From: Wickerhamiella versatilis
Lineage: Eukaryota
Direction of reading: 5' to 3'
NCBI GenBank assembly: GCA_030867685.1
Contig: JAQOWU010000008.1
Location: 496,001-560,000 of the forward strand
DNA length: 64,000 bases
How positions within the stretch are numbered: position 1 is the stretch's first letter; each line of letters begins with the position of its first letter. The notes below the pieces were generated by a model. The model searched no databases, was not told the origin of the DNA, and worked only from the letters and a program-made list of their open reading frames with translations. Below are positions 51,215 to 61,607 of this stretch, piece by piece. The translations under genes were made by a program, and so were the position numbers.

Positions 51215-51772
51215 TCAAATATTTGTATCTTCTGATGACGGTAGGCAAAGTTCTTCGAGTGCTCTCCAGAAGTCTTCAGGGCTAGCATCAACCTTTTCCG
51301 GATTTATTGGGAGAGTTTCAAGAATTCTTACCCACCGAGCTTCTCTGACTTCATCAGAGGTTAGTCCCGAATTCTGATCAAGGTTGATTCTCTTTAATTG
51401 TAGATCGTGCAGTTCCGTCTGTAAATTTGCCAAATCCTTTTGTGCGGCTATCAATTGGGGTGTGGAAGCAGAAATTTCTGAGTTTTCGGCAGCCTGCCTC
51501 AATGCCCGAGCACAAGCCACCTCGCGCTGTAAACGCGCTTCATCAAGATATTTATGAATCAGTTTTTCCTTTTCTATCAATGCATCCAGCCTTTCAGTCT
51601 CCTCTCTCATTTTATCTTTCGCATTTTCAATTGCATCTAATTCCTGCTCTGCTAAGCGATGAAACTCACTTATGTGACCTTTGCTGTCCAGGTACAATTC
51701 ACTGAGTGAGCTTCTATCGAATGTGGTCAGCTGGTCCACGATGTCGCGTGTTAGATCTTCCGTGGATGCCAT
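51215..51772 (-). CDS. Hypothetical coiled-coil protein
   Basis: About 185-aa ORF filling the gap between two genes; E/L/K/Q-rich heptads; no family recognised. Confidence 0.7.
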   Translation of the reverse strand: MASTEDLTRDIVDQLTTFDRSSLSELYLDSKGHISEFHRLAEQELDAIENAKDKMREETERLDALIEKEKLIHKYLDEARLQREVACARALRQAAENSEISASTPQLIAAQKDLANLQTELHDLQLKRINLDQNSGLTSDEVREARWVRILETLPINPEKVDASPEDFWRALEELCLPSSEDTNI

Positions 51773-51866
51773 CACCCATGAGGGACAAAGCTGTCAGATC
51801 TATGTGTAATAAGCAGACGCGTAAAAGGGCGCCTCCAGAACTAGAAGCCTTTAAACATTGAATACT

Positions 51867-52904
51867 CTATGTACATTTATAGCCCCTGAAAAATGCATTA
51901 ATTATGCTTCCCTGACCTTTAAAGTCGCCAGAAGCCTCCCAGAACATACCACCACCAAGGCCCATCTCTTTGGCATATTTACCTTTGATAGCAGCAGTCC
52001 GCGCATTGTCGTAAGTAATAAAAAAGTCTTTCCCTTGGCAGTAAGCTGCAACCATATCCTCATCAACATTCTCGATACTGCCGGGGAATGGTAGCTCGTG
52101 AACGTCATGGCAGCCATTCTCATAGGTACCTGGTAGCACTCCTTGGAACGACGCACCTGTTCCTGGTTTACTCACGTGGGCAAAAGAGCGGCCATAAAGA
52201 GGAAGTCCTATTACCAGCTTATGAGCCGGCACGGCGATGTGGCGGTAATTGCGTACTACCGAGTCAACACTTAGCGAACCCTCCGGACCTAAGAGGTTTG
52301 CCTGATGCTGTGTTGACGCAGACCATGATCCGGCGAAATCATAGCACATAAGAAACCAGAGGTCAACTAGCTGATGGAGCTGTTTCGAGCTGAGAAGATC
52401 TATGAGATCTGGCCGAGCTGGGACAGCTAACGTTAATTGACATGATTTATGCAAAACCTGGCGGCAAAGTCCCACAACCTCCAAAAGCTCTGCCGCTCGC
52501 TCAGCTGTGTCCGCGTATTCCCAATCAATGTCGAGTCCGTCCAGTGCGTAGCGATGCACTAAACTTGCCGCAGATTCGGCAAAGTTCTGACGCCGCTTAG
52601 CATCGTGGAAGATTGATGTTAAATCCGCGGAATATGTCCAGCCTCCCACCGACAACAATATTTTTAGCTTAGGATTTCGTTTGCGTTTCAGTATTTGAAG
52701 CTCCTCGAGACAACCTCGAGCCCCATGGATCCCAATAGGCTTTTCAATATCGGCCCAGGGATCACTGAGCGACAATGTACCGCTAATTGGATCAGCCTTC
52801 GCGAATGCGTATATCACATGGGACAAATTTTCTATGGGAAGCTTTGCTGGCTCGTAGTTGCGAGCGTATATCGTCCAGTTGGCGAAATACGCAGCCAGAA
52901 CCAT
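51867..52904 (-). CDS. GH18 chitinase without signal peptide (Cts2-like)
   Basis: AYFANWTIY.R, LSDPWAD, KILLSVGGWTYS, DGLDIDWEY, MCYDFAGSW, GLGGGMFWE. Confidence 0.95.
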   Translation of the reverse strand: MVLAAYFANWTIYARNYEPAKLPIENLSHVIYAFAKADPISGTLSLSDPWADIEKPIGIHGARGCLEELQILKRKRNPKLKILLSVGGWTYSADLTSIFHDAKRRQNFAESAASLVHRYALDGLDIDWEYADTAERAAELLEVVGLCRQVLHKSCQLTLAVPARPDLIDLLSSKQLHQLVDLWFLMCYDFAGSWSASTQHQANLLGPEGSLSVDSVVRNYRHIAVPAHKLVIGLPLYGRSFAHVSKPGTGASFQGVLPGTYENGCHDVHELPFPGSIENVDEDMVAAYCQGKDFFITYDNARTAAIKGKYAKEMGLGGGMFWEASGDFKGQGSIINAFFRGYKCT

Positions 52905-53620
52905 GTTTCTTCTTCCTTCGAGGTGAAAACTCTCTCACTTTTGCCAGTCAGATGGAATAGTTTCGGTGTGCTGCTGCCGTAACGCTTATTTTGCACGTGA
53001 GTTAGCTGGAACGTTGGTGGCTCACCGGAAAATCATTTCACTTCTAGATGCATACTGAGATAGACATAAGCTCGGCAACAGTGATACGGGCAACCAAAAA
53101 ACATTACCACCTCCTCATATCCGCAGCATGGAGTTGATACAAGGGGCCTTTGCTCTACTAGTGATCTCCTCGTATTAAGCATCAAAAAAAGAGCTTAATT
53201 CTAATCCAGTTCGATCTTAAACACTGTCTATACCCATCTAATTCGATTTTGACGCAATTTGACGATATCAAATGTCTAATGTTCGACCAAGACAGGATAT
53301 GTCTGACTTGAATGCAACATTGTTACGTCATGTCAGCACCAGGGCTCGGGTTTTTGTTGATAGCAAAATAAAGTTACATGGAAAAACATAGTCAAGTTGT
53401 CAGCTTGAAATGATGAAATTAGCATTATGACATTATTTAGAGATCATCTTTCTCTAGGCATGAGTATTATTCTCAAACGGCACTGTTTTTGTTATAGTGA
53501 GATGCATAACCCCTGCCCTTGCGTTGCTACCATCATCTTTTAGGTGAGCCAGTGGTGGGGACCAAAAGACCAGCCACTACTTGTAAGCAGAGTTTTGTAT
53601 TCAACCACCACCTTCTATCG

Positions 53621-56302
53621 ATGACTAGTGCGGTACCATCGATAGAGCCTAGTGGAAGCAAAGTGGACATGTCAGAATCCGCCATCGCCGCGTATAATCG
53701 TCGGCGGATGCGCGGCGAGTTCGGTACGCTGCCGTCAACCCCTTCGGTAGGGATAAGCACTGGAAATGTGCAGCCCTTGGCGAAGGCTGCTGCGGCGTCC
53801 CAGCTCGGTCCAAAGCTATGGAAACCTGAGAGAACTAGCGAGGCGCATAAGGCATCAACTCTTGCCTCCAGCGCCGGTGCGGCAGCCCTTCAGCACCCGA
53901 CCCATGTCGAGTCCTCCGTGGGCTTACCCGAAACATCGGAGAAGAGCGCCTACCGTGCAGCATTGAATTCAATGCAAACCACTGGTGAGGAATATGGCCA
54001 GCGATATGCATTGGACGCTTATGAATGGGGCTCTCGAACTGGTTCTGGCAGTTTCGGCCATAGTGCTGCCACGCAGTCTGTAAACAATTCCCGTAATCAG
54101 ACCCTTAAGGGGACGGATAGCCTTCGCAGGCCTCCGGCAGATCTTCCAATTGACATTTCTAAGGTGCTCGTTGCTGCTAATGAACGTGCTCAACATCGAC
54201 TCGCAACGGCTCAGAACCACCTTCCTGCAGGATTTGGTACGATGACTCGAGAGCAAGAGCTCGAGCGTCGCCAGCAGGTGCTTTCTCTGGTGGCCATCGC
54301 CAATCGCAATGTGCAGAATGAGCTTGCTTCAGTTGATAGAGATGTATACTCTCGTGACATATTCGGCAGTCCCGAATATCAGAAAATTGCTTGGGATATT
54401 GCAACTGGCCAAAGCTCTCAGCGTATGCAGTACCACGGTAAACTGAACCTCGGTGGTGGCAAATATATGACATCTGATGAAGTTGAAGAAATTGCTCGTC
54501 GTAATGTACAGCCTGTCCTGGATAAGGTTGCTCTAGTGGCTGAGAAGAAGCGTGTTGCTGATGCTGAGGCTGAAGCACAGGCTGAAGCCGAGAAGAAGGC
54601 TGCAGCTGAGAGGAAGGAAGAGGAGAAGAGACGCCAGGCCCAGGAGAAGGAGGAAAATCGCCTCCGCAAAGAGAAGGAGCAGGCACAGGCTGAAGCAGAG
54701 AAGGCGAAGCAGAAGCGCAAGGCGGAACGCGCGAAGAGCTCAGCTCCCGAGGGTAGTGTCCAGTGGCACAAGAATCGGGTTGAAGAGGCCAAGGATGATG
54801 TCAAGGAAGCCAAGGCTAATCGTGAAGATGCTGAGGAGACAGCGAGACGAGCTCACTCATACGAGGATGATGCTAAGAAGGAACTCGAGGATATCGCTGC
54901 CAAGCACCATGCTCTTAAGAAGGACTATTTCGATCGGTCCGAGGAGATCGAAAAGAAGGCTGCTGAGACCGACCCTGATAGCGTTGAAACTGCAAGCATG
55001 TTCCAGTTGAAGACTACCCGTGATCGTGTTAAGGCCGAGACGAAGGAGTCGAAATCTCGTCGTGTAGCTGCCGAGGAAAGAGTTGAAAAGACTCATGCAG
55101 CAGCGGAAGAAGCTGATGCAGCAGCGGCAGCAGCGGCTCAACGTCATCGCGAACTTAAGAAAGAGTATTTCGAGCTTAAGAAGAAGTATGAGGAAGCCGA
55201 AGAGCAGTTCAGAAAGGATGAGGAAGAACGTCTTAAGAAAGAGGCTGAAGAGCGTGCGCAACGTGAGGCCGAAGAGGCGGAACGTAAGGCCAAGGAAGAG
55301 GAAGAGGCAAAGGCCAGAGCGGCTTCAGACGCTAAGGCATCTGCCGCTGCGGGCGCCGCCACTTCAACTGCGGGACCATCATCTCCCAAACTGGAGAAGT
55401 CTAAGTCAGTTAGCAAGAAAGCTGATGTGAGTGAGCCAAAGGGTTCGAAGAGTCCAAAGAGTCCGAAGAGCCCGAAGAGTCCTGTTAGCCCCATGAGCCC
55501 AGCTTTCTCGGACGACGGTTATGTTGCCCCTCCTAAGAGTCCTTTGCTTTCAATGGGTGATGCAAAGTCTGGACCCATTCTCGCGGGTTATAAGTCTCCT
55601 GTCAAGCCAGCAAAGAAGAAGGACGAGGGCGATGCCGAAAAGAAGGTTGAGAAGAAGACTGAGGAGAAGGTAGAGAAGCCTGAGGAGAAGGCTGCTGAGA
55701 AGGCTGAGAAACCGGAAGAGAAGGCTGCTGAGAAGGTTGAGAAACCGGAAGAGAAGGCTGCCGAGAAGGTTGAGAAACCGGAAGAGAAGGCTGCTGAGAA
55801 GGTTGAGAAACCGGAAGAGAAGGCTGCCGAGAAGGTTGAGAAACCGGAAGAGAAGGCTGCCGGGAAGGTTGAGAAACCTGAGGAGAAGGCTGCCGAGAAG
55901 GTTGAGGAGCCAGAAGAGAAGGCTGCCGAGAAGGTGGAGGAACCGGAAGAGAAGGAGGAGAAGCCGGAAAAGTTCGTACCTTCTAGCACCGGTGCTGCGG
56001 CTGCGACTGCTGCTGCGGCTGTTGGAGCGTCGAGTGTTGAAGAGGACACCAAGGCGCCCCCGCTTGGTGATCCTATAAACGTGAGCAGTGCCCCCGCTGA
56101 TGTCGAAACCCCTGCCGCCGTATCTCATGTCGATGAAAACGGTGATGGAACCGTTGGGTTGCCGCCTTCTGGAAAGGCACCCGCGGTTTCTAACGAAGTC
56201 CCTCTGGGCTCAACCCCCAAGGGCGAATTTTCTGGATTTGACTCCAGTAACGTGGTGGAGCCAGGGAGGGAGAGTCTGTTTAAGGAGGACATTGATTCGT
56301 AA
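53621..56302 (+). CDS. EIS1: Eisosome protein, Eis1-like
   Basis: GKLNLGGGKYMTSDEVEEIARRNVQPVLD motif, long E/K/A coiled coil, C-terminal SLFKEDI. First ATG is 53621. Confidence 0.72.
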   Translation: MTSAVPSIEPSGSKVDMSESAIAAYNRRRMRGEFGTLPSTPSVGISTGNVQPLAKAAAASQLGPKLWKPERTSEAHKASTLASSAGAAALQHPTHVESSVGLPETSEKSAYRAALNSMQTTGEEYGQRYALDAYEWGSRTGSGSFGHSAATQSVNNSRNQTLKGTDSLRRPPADLPIDISKVLVAANERAQHRLATAQNHLPAGFGTMTREQELERRQQVLSLVAIANRNVQNELASVDRDVYSRDIFGSPEYQKIAWDIATGQSSQRMQYHGKLNLGGGKYMTSDEVEEIARRNVQPVLDKVALVAEKKRVADAEAEAQAEAEKKAAAERKEEEKRRQAQEKEENRLRKEKEQAQAEAEKAKQKRKAERAKSSAPEGSVQWHKNRVEEAKDDVKEAKANREDAEETARRAHSYEDDAKKELEDIAAKHHALKKDYFDRSEEIEKKAAETDPDSVETASMFQLKTTRDRVKAETKESKSRRVAAEERVEKTHAAAEEADAAAAAAAQRHRELKKEYFELKKKYEEAEEQFRKDEEERLKKEAEERAQREAEEAERKAKEEEEAKARAASDAKASAAAGAATSTAGPSSPKLEKSKSVSKKADVSEPKGSKSPKSPKSPKSPVSPMSPAFSDDGYVAPPKSPLLSMGDAKSGPILAGYKSPVKPAKKKDEGDAEKKVEKKTEEKVEKPEEKAAEKAEKPEEKAAEKVEKPEEKAAEKVEKPEEKAAEKVEKPEEKAAEKVEKPEEKAAGKVEKPEEKAAEKVEEPEEKAAEKVEEPEEKEEKPEKFVPSSTGAAAATAAAAVGASSVEEDTKAPPLGDPINVSSAPADVETPAAVSHVDENGDGTVGLPPSGKAPAVSNEVPLGSTPKGEFSGFDSSNVVEPGRESLFKEDIDS
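55673..55954 (+). repeat. Coding 33-bp minisatellite (EKPEEKAAEKV, about 8.5 units)
   Basis: GAGAAACCGGAAGAGAAGGCTGCYGAGAAGGTT repeated in tandem. Confidence 0.95.
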
Positions 56303-56392
56303 AGGGCAACCCCCCATAATGTCTTGTAGAACTAGCCTATATTCACAATTGTAGTAATTTATACTATTCACTAATTATTAGGTAGCGAAACC

Positions 56393-58447
56393 TTACTCGG
56401 ACTGGAGCTCCTGCTCCTCGTCTTCGACTTCTTCTTTTATGAAATCTTTGCACTCATTGAAAACCCCCTGTACAGTCTTCCACAAATCCGGGTAGTCTGT
56501 GCGCACCACGTTACCGAACCGCCGACGGAGTTTACGCTGCTTGGGGACCTCCCAGACCTTATTGTACGAGGGGACGAAGACTTTTGACACAGAATGAAAC
56601 CAATTGAGCAGAGCATCATCACCAGCGTTATTTAGTTGTATCAGTGGTGCCTCGTCGGGGAAGCAGAGGACTACTCCACGCTTTGAGCGCAGAGGTCGTC
56701 GCCCGGCAAGATGAACAATACCTGCATAGGCCAAACCCATTCCAACATATAATATTTCATCGGCTTGGAAATATTTTATCGTGTTATCATATACGTGAGC
56801 TGCAAGCTCCTGGATTTCTGTGGTGACCGTGAGTGGGGAGAGTATATCTATCACACCATAGCCATTTTCCAGGGCCCATCTGATAAAAATCATGGCTGGA
56901 TTGCCCATTGCACTCTCAAGAGGGTTAATTTGACCACTAACCGGGTCTCGTTGGCCCCAAGTTACCGCTGGATCATGGAATAAGACAATTACCTTGGGTG
57001 CATGATAGATTCCCTCACTAGCGAGTACCTGACCAGGGAAGACGTCTATGAATTGATTTTCTTGCAACATAGGTAGCTCTGCAAAGCCCAGTTGCCTGAT
57101 AAGTTTCCGTGCCTCAAAGCTCCGATAAATTTCATAGAGAGGTTCAATATCTTGGTTTTCAGGAAGCTCTGTATCAGGGATAAGGGGGCCCATGGACTTC
57201 CAATTGCGAGACTGCACTCGCCTGACTTCGGCAAGTACCCGCCGGCCAGAGGAAGAGGCTATTGTGTTTGTAAGTGGAGGGGGCATCTCACCAACAAGAA
57301 CTTTCGCAACTGCTTTGGCACTTACTGAGATGCTATCTAAGTTGTAGCCACCTTCCAGACATACGACGAGCCGACCATTGGCCAAGGACTTTAGCATGTG
57401 TGTCATGTATGCATAGCATGCGGGCGAGACATGACATTCACCAATTGGGTCACCGTCAGCAGCATCGAATCCAGAACTTATTATGACAAGGTCGGGCTGG
57501 AATTCGCTGGCGATAGGTAGGACAATCCTATGAAATGCTTCAAAATAATCACCATCACCCATACCTTTTGACGACCACGGGATATTCACGGAGAATCCCT
57601 TTCCCTTCCCTTCACCGGTGGAGTCGACGGACCCAAAACCGCCACCAGGGTAGTAGTAGCCACCCTCATACCGATGGGTGCTGATATATAGTACCTGGTC
57701 GTCATCGTAGAAACATCGCTGGGTGCCATTACCATGATGGACATCCCAGTCAAATACGAGTATTTTTTTAACTTTTTCAGGGAAGTCGCGCAGCGTAACT
57801 CTGGAAGCGACAGCGACATTGCTAAACAGACAGAATCCACTAGGCGTCTCTGGGCCTGCATGATGTCCGGGAGGCCGTACTATTGCCAGTGCATTTTTAA
57901 CTTTTCCCTCTGCTACACCCCTGCAGGCTTCAATTGCTCCGCCACAGCTAAGCTGAGCTGCTAGGTACGAGTCATTGTTGATGTATATGGAGTCTCCTTG
58001 ATTAGTTTCTTTTGTAAGGTCCTCAATACTCATGCCAGCAGTTGAAGCTATGAAGTCCAGGTGGGGCTGGGTATGGACGAGGAGCAACTCGCTTGTCGTG
58101 GCTTTGCGCGAGGGAAGCTTGAGCATCAAGTCACCAAGCTTATCGCCTCCTTGGAGAGTTTCATCCGTTAGCAATCCCGCTTCCGCTATGGATTTGTATA
58201 TACGGAAGGTTCTTCGGGGGTCCTCTGGGTGAGGATCCAGGTATTCATCAGCCTTCGTGTTCAGTCGTGAGTGGTATCGCATCCGCACATCATAAACCAC
58301 CCCAGTCTTGAGCTGAATATAGTGTAAATCGGGGGGATGGGATGGAACTAGAACAGCTGGTGACTCCCTCTCAATATCATCATGGTGACGCTTCAGGTTG
58401 TTGTTCTTGGTGTCCTCCGTCGGCACCTGCGTCAGACCATCCGCCAT
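56393..58447 (-). CDS. HDA1: Class II histone deacetylase Hda1
   Basis: HPEDPRR, RPPGHHA, GFCLFSNVA, DWDVHHGNGTQ, SGFDAADGD, LEGGY, followed by an Arb2 domain. Confidence 0.97.
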   Translation of the reverse strand: MADGLTQVPTEDTKNNNLKRHHDDIERESPAVLVPSHPPDLHYIQLKTGVVYDVRMRYHSRLNTKADEYLDPHPEDPRRTFRIYKSIAEAGLLTDETLQGGDKLGDLMLKLPSRKATTSELLLVHTQPHLDFIASTAGMSIEDLTKETNQGDSIYINNDSYLAAQLSCGGAIEACRGVAEGKVKNALAIVRPPGHHAGPETPSGFCLFSNVAVASRVTLRDFPEKVKKILVFDWDVHHGNGTQRCFYDDDQVLYISTHRYEGGYYYPGGGFGSVDSTGEGKGKGFSVNIPWSSKGMGDGDYFEAFHRIVLPIASEFQPDLVIISSGFDAADGDPIGECHVSPACYAYMTHMLKSLANGRLVVCLEGGYNLDSISVSAKAVAKVLVGEMPPPLTNTIASSSGRRVLAEVRRVQSRNWKSMGPLIPDTELPENQDIEPLYEIYRSFEARKLIRQLGFAELPMLQENQFIDVFPGQVLASEGIYHAPKVIVLFHDPAVTWGQRDPVSGQINPLESAMGNPAMIFIRWALENGYGVIDILSPLTVTTEIQELAAHVYDNTIKYFQADEILYVGMGLAYAGIVHLAGRRPLRSKRGVVLCFPDEAPLIQLNNAGDDALLNWFHSVSKVFVPSYNKVWEVPKQRKLRRRFGNVVRTDYPDLWKTVQGVFNECKDFIKEEVEDEEQELQSE

Positions 58448-58619
58448 TGCTTACGTATCATCAAGATTCAGTCTATGTATTATATGTGGGTAATGTAAAA
58501 AAAAACACCTAAAAAATAATTGACCAGGCGAGACGAACCAGATCTGCTTTAGCCCATAATAACTTCGTTTTTCGTCACTTATAAGGCAAGCTCGGTGTCA
58601 GTAGAGCCAGTCAGAACTC

Positions 58620-58652
58620 TACTAACTAACACACCTGACTTACAAAGCACAG
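58620..58652 (+). other. Putative branch point and 3' splice site upstream of NT-C2 gene
   Basis: TACTAAC(TAAC)...CACAG 26 nt before the ATG; only a non-consensus donor (GTCAGT 58597) is visible. Confidence 0.35.
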
Positions 58653-58678
58653 GATCCCTCTCCTCTATTTCTTGGAGA

Positions 58679-59512
58679 ATGGGTATTTTTGAGACCACTA
58701 AATTCGATGTCTCACTGACAATTGAAAAAATTTCCAAAATCCCCCACTCTAGTGGACGTATATTTGTACGCTGGTATGTGGAGGATAGTCCGCGACCGGA
58801 ATCTCGTGGACGCACTCCGGCAGTTGACGTTAGCCATAATAAAGCAGTATTTGACTACCATGCAACCCCATTCCCATTACGAATTGGCGTCAAGACAGGG
58901 TCGCAGGTCCTCAGGACCCAACACATGCAGTTCGAGGTACTTTGGGAACCCCCAGGGACCAAAGCCATGTGCCTAGGAACTCTAGCATTAAATCTCGCTG
59001 AGTTCGCAACGCCGATGCGCCAGAGGGAGGAGCCAAATAATAAGACCTACTACAATGGGAAATTTATGAGCTATTTGCTGGAGGAGGCTAAGATAAACTG
59101 TCTTTTGACAGTGGGGATCAGGATGTCTTATTTAAAGGGGTCAAGCAGCTTTACGGTCCCGCAATTCTCGGCGCCTGCCGTTCATCAAAATCTCAACGAT
59201 GTCGATGACCCCGTGATGCATGGGCATACTAATGGGCACGGGAATGACGATAAGTACCATTCACAAAGGGAGAACAGTCGGAACATCGCCAACATAATGG
59301 ACGGATATATCAAATTGAGCACCTCATTGTTTAATCAGGTGGATCCCGACGCAAGCCTGGAAGATTTAATAGAAGGTGGGGATGGATTTATGGGCCATTA
59401 TCCGACGACACGTAAGCACGATACAGAGCATGTCCAAGGACAACCCTTCAAAGAGAGTGAGATTCGTGAAAACTTCAGAACATGGAGCTTGAACTCGGAT
59501 ACTCCCCTATGA
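58679..59512 (+). CDS. NT-type C2 domain protein (EEIG1/YBL086C-like)
   Basis: KFDVSLTIEKISKIPHSSGRIFVRW, LGTLALNLAEF, YLLEEAKINCLL. Confidence 0.8.
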   Translation: MGIFETTKFDVSLTIEKISKIPHSSGRIFVRWYVEDSPRPESRGRTPAVDVSHNKAVFDYHATPFPLRIGVKTGSQVLRTQHMQFEVLWEPPGTKAMCLGTLALNLAEFATPMRQREEPNNKTYYNGKFMSYLLEEAKINCLLTVGIRMSYLKGSSSFTVPQFSAPAVHQNLNDVDDPVMHGHTNGHGNDDKYHSQRENSRNIANIMDGYIKLSTSLFNQVDPDASLEDLIEGGDGFMGHYPTTRKHDTEHVQGQPFKESEIRENFRTWSLNSDTPL

Positions 59513-59834
59513 AAAAAGTTGGAGTATGTTACAATGGACAGACAGGGTTAGGATGACAGACGTCTCCCCGCAACAGCCGATTTCAATGATTAATAAACAC
59601 AAGTAATCCTAATAGATAGAAACGATAGATAGCGGTGACATGGAGTACTGAATAAAGGAATCCTACCAAAGGAAAGCAGTAACCACAGACTCTTTAACGC
59701 AATATTCGCTAAATACGGAAACCTAACATCTTACACGCAAGCCTGTCCCAATAATTTCCGACAGGTAACCCTGAGTCATCTTCATAATCCGACGCGGGAC
59801 GGTTTTGTGCAGGTTACTCTAAGCGAATGCTCGA

Positions 59835-61535
59835 ATGGTGGGCAACAAACTAAATTTAAGTCGTCTTTCGCTCACAAGTCATAAACACCACAAAGATGAC
59901 CATGCCAACTCGCCGTCGAAAGGATCAACTTCGTCGCCTAAGGGTTCGTCGGGTGGGGGGATTTCCGGCCATGAACGCAGTTCAACGCCAGAGGCCTCAC
60001 ATCCGCACTGGGATGGCGGAGCGGGTGGTTCTTCGTCGTCGCGCGCGCCGGGCCATACGGTCGGTTACCATGAATCACCGACGCCGGGGTCTGCTAGCAG
60101 CCATGAGGGGACTCACTCTCAACACCTCAATAACGGCCACGGATCGATGTTCGAGCTGAGAAGATTCTTCGAAAAAGGACCTCGGAAGCCGGAGCCGGCA
60201 GAGTCCGCAAAGAAAAGTGCGCATAAGGAGACAGCCAAGGACTCGACCAAGCACGGCAAGAAGTCCAAGAACATTTTCTCTTCGATGTTTGGGAGTGGCA
60301 ATTCGTCGAAACAGTCATCTCCTGTGCCACAGACCCCGTCTCCCAAAAAGCATACGGAGGCAAGAGGTCCGCGGGAGTCACCCGCACCATCTGTTGACCA
60401 CGGCAGGAGGGAGAAAGCAGCGGAGCACGAAACGCCTAAGCCAAGTGCAGGTACTCCGGCTGTCCATGTCACAGGGGCCCCGCAAACAGGCACAGCAAAT
60501 GTGCAGTCATCGACAAAGCCAGCTGAGCCAAGCCCACTGGCACAGAACGCATCAGATAAGTTGACCATACCGGAAGAGATCTTAAATAGCGGTCTGGGGT
60601 ATCATTCAGCATCGACGCCATTCCTCGAGTCAGGAATCACCAAGTATGGAAATTTCGGCAAAGTCATGGGTACCGGTGCCGGCGGCAGCGTTCGCTTGAT
60701 GGAGCGTGCGAGTGATGGTCGCGTTTTCGCGGTGAAGCAATTCCGGCCCAAGAAACATGGTGAAACAGACCAGAGATATGCCAAGCATGTCACTGCAGAA
60801 TTTTGTATGGGCGCAGCCCTTCACAACCCCCATATTATTGAAACACTGGATCTCGTTCGTGAGGGCAGTTCTTATTATGAAGTGATGGAATATGGTCCCC
60901 ACGACTTCTTCTCGATAGTAATGTCAGGGAAATTGTCGGATACGCAGATAGATTCGTCGTGGCACCAGATAGTGCTTGGCCTGCAGTACATGCACTCCTT
61001 AGGCCTGGCACATCGTGATCTCAAACTTGATAATTGCATTGTTAGTGAGGATGGCTTGGTGAAATTAATCGATTTTGGCAGTGCAGTCGTGTTCAAATAT
61101 CCATTCCAATCAAAATCAACCTTAGCGAAGGGGATTGTCGGGTCTGACCCTTATCTGGCCCCGGAGGTATTGAAAAAGCGAGCTTATGATCCATCGTTAG
61201 CGGATGTGTGGTCTCTAGGTATCATCTATTGCTGTATAAGACTGCGCAGGTTCCCCTGGAAGATTCCTCTTGAAGACGATCCCAGTTTTAAGAAGTTCTC
61301 TGCCGATCTCTCCAATACAGATGGCCATGTAAAATATGCGGATGTTCGCCAAATGAAGGGCCCATGGAGAATTTTACGTCTGTTATCGGAAAAAGCTCGA
61401 CCGTGTATCGGGCACATCCTGACCGTGGATCCTGCAAAACGAGCGACTATCGAAGAAGTCTGCGCCGATAAGTGGAATTCGCACATTCCAGTCGTCAACA
61501 TTCTCCCCAAGGGGTGGGCTCATCATCACAAATGA
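59835..61535 (+). CDS. HRK1: Npr/Hal-family Ser/Thr kinase, Hrk1-like
   Basis: [64 protein letters not shown]. Confidence 0.8.
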   Translation: MVGNKLNLSRLSLTSHKHHKDDHANSPSKGSTSSPKGSSGGGISGHERSSTPEASHPHWDGGAGGSSSSRAPGHTVGYHESPTPGSASSHEGTHSQHLNNGHGSMFELRRFFEKGPRKPEPAESAKKSAHKETAKDSTKHGKKSKNIFSSMFGSGNSSKQSSPVPQTPSPKKHTEARGPRESPAPSVDHGRREKAAEHETPKPSAGTPAVHVTGAPQTGTANVQSSTKPAEPSPLAQNASDKLTIPEEILNSGLGYHSASTPFLESGITKYGNFGKVMGTGAGGSVRLMERASDGRVFAVKQFRPKKHGETDQRYAKHVTAEFCMGAALHNPHIIETLDLVREGSSYYEVMEYGPHDFFSIVMSGKLSDTQIDSSWHQIVLGLQYMHSLGLAHRDLKLDNCIVSEDGLVKLIDFGSAVVFKYPFQSKSTLAKGIVGSDPYLAPEVLKKRAYDPSLADVWSLGIIYCCIRLRRFPWKIPLEDDPSFKKFSADLSNTDGHVKYADVRQMKGPWRILRLLSEKARPCIGHILTVDPAKRATIEEVCADKWNSHIPVVNILPKGWAHHHK

Positions 61536-61607
61536 GCTATCACCGTTACGATGCTTTATTTTTGTCGCCCTTCCATATTCTACGATAAACGTATTTAGTT
61601 TTATAAT

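Noticed and set aside
51867..52904. Chitinase as a killer-toxin subunit or HGT candidate
   Set aside because: Motifs match ordinary fungal subgroup-A GH18; no LysM or chitin-binding domain, signal peptide or adjacent toxin gene
53205..53220. GTTCGATC tRNA T-loop/B-box-like sequence
   Set aside because: No cloverleaf stems or A-box around it
55673..55954. CRISPR-like periodicity
   Set aside because: Units are directly adjacent without unique spacers and are in-frame coding sequence in a eukaryote
54177..56128. Long antisense and alternate-frame ORFs over the Eis1-like gene
   Set aside because: By-product of GAG/AAG/GCT-rich codons and the minisatellite lacking stop codons
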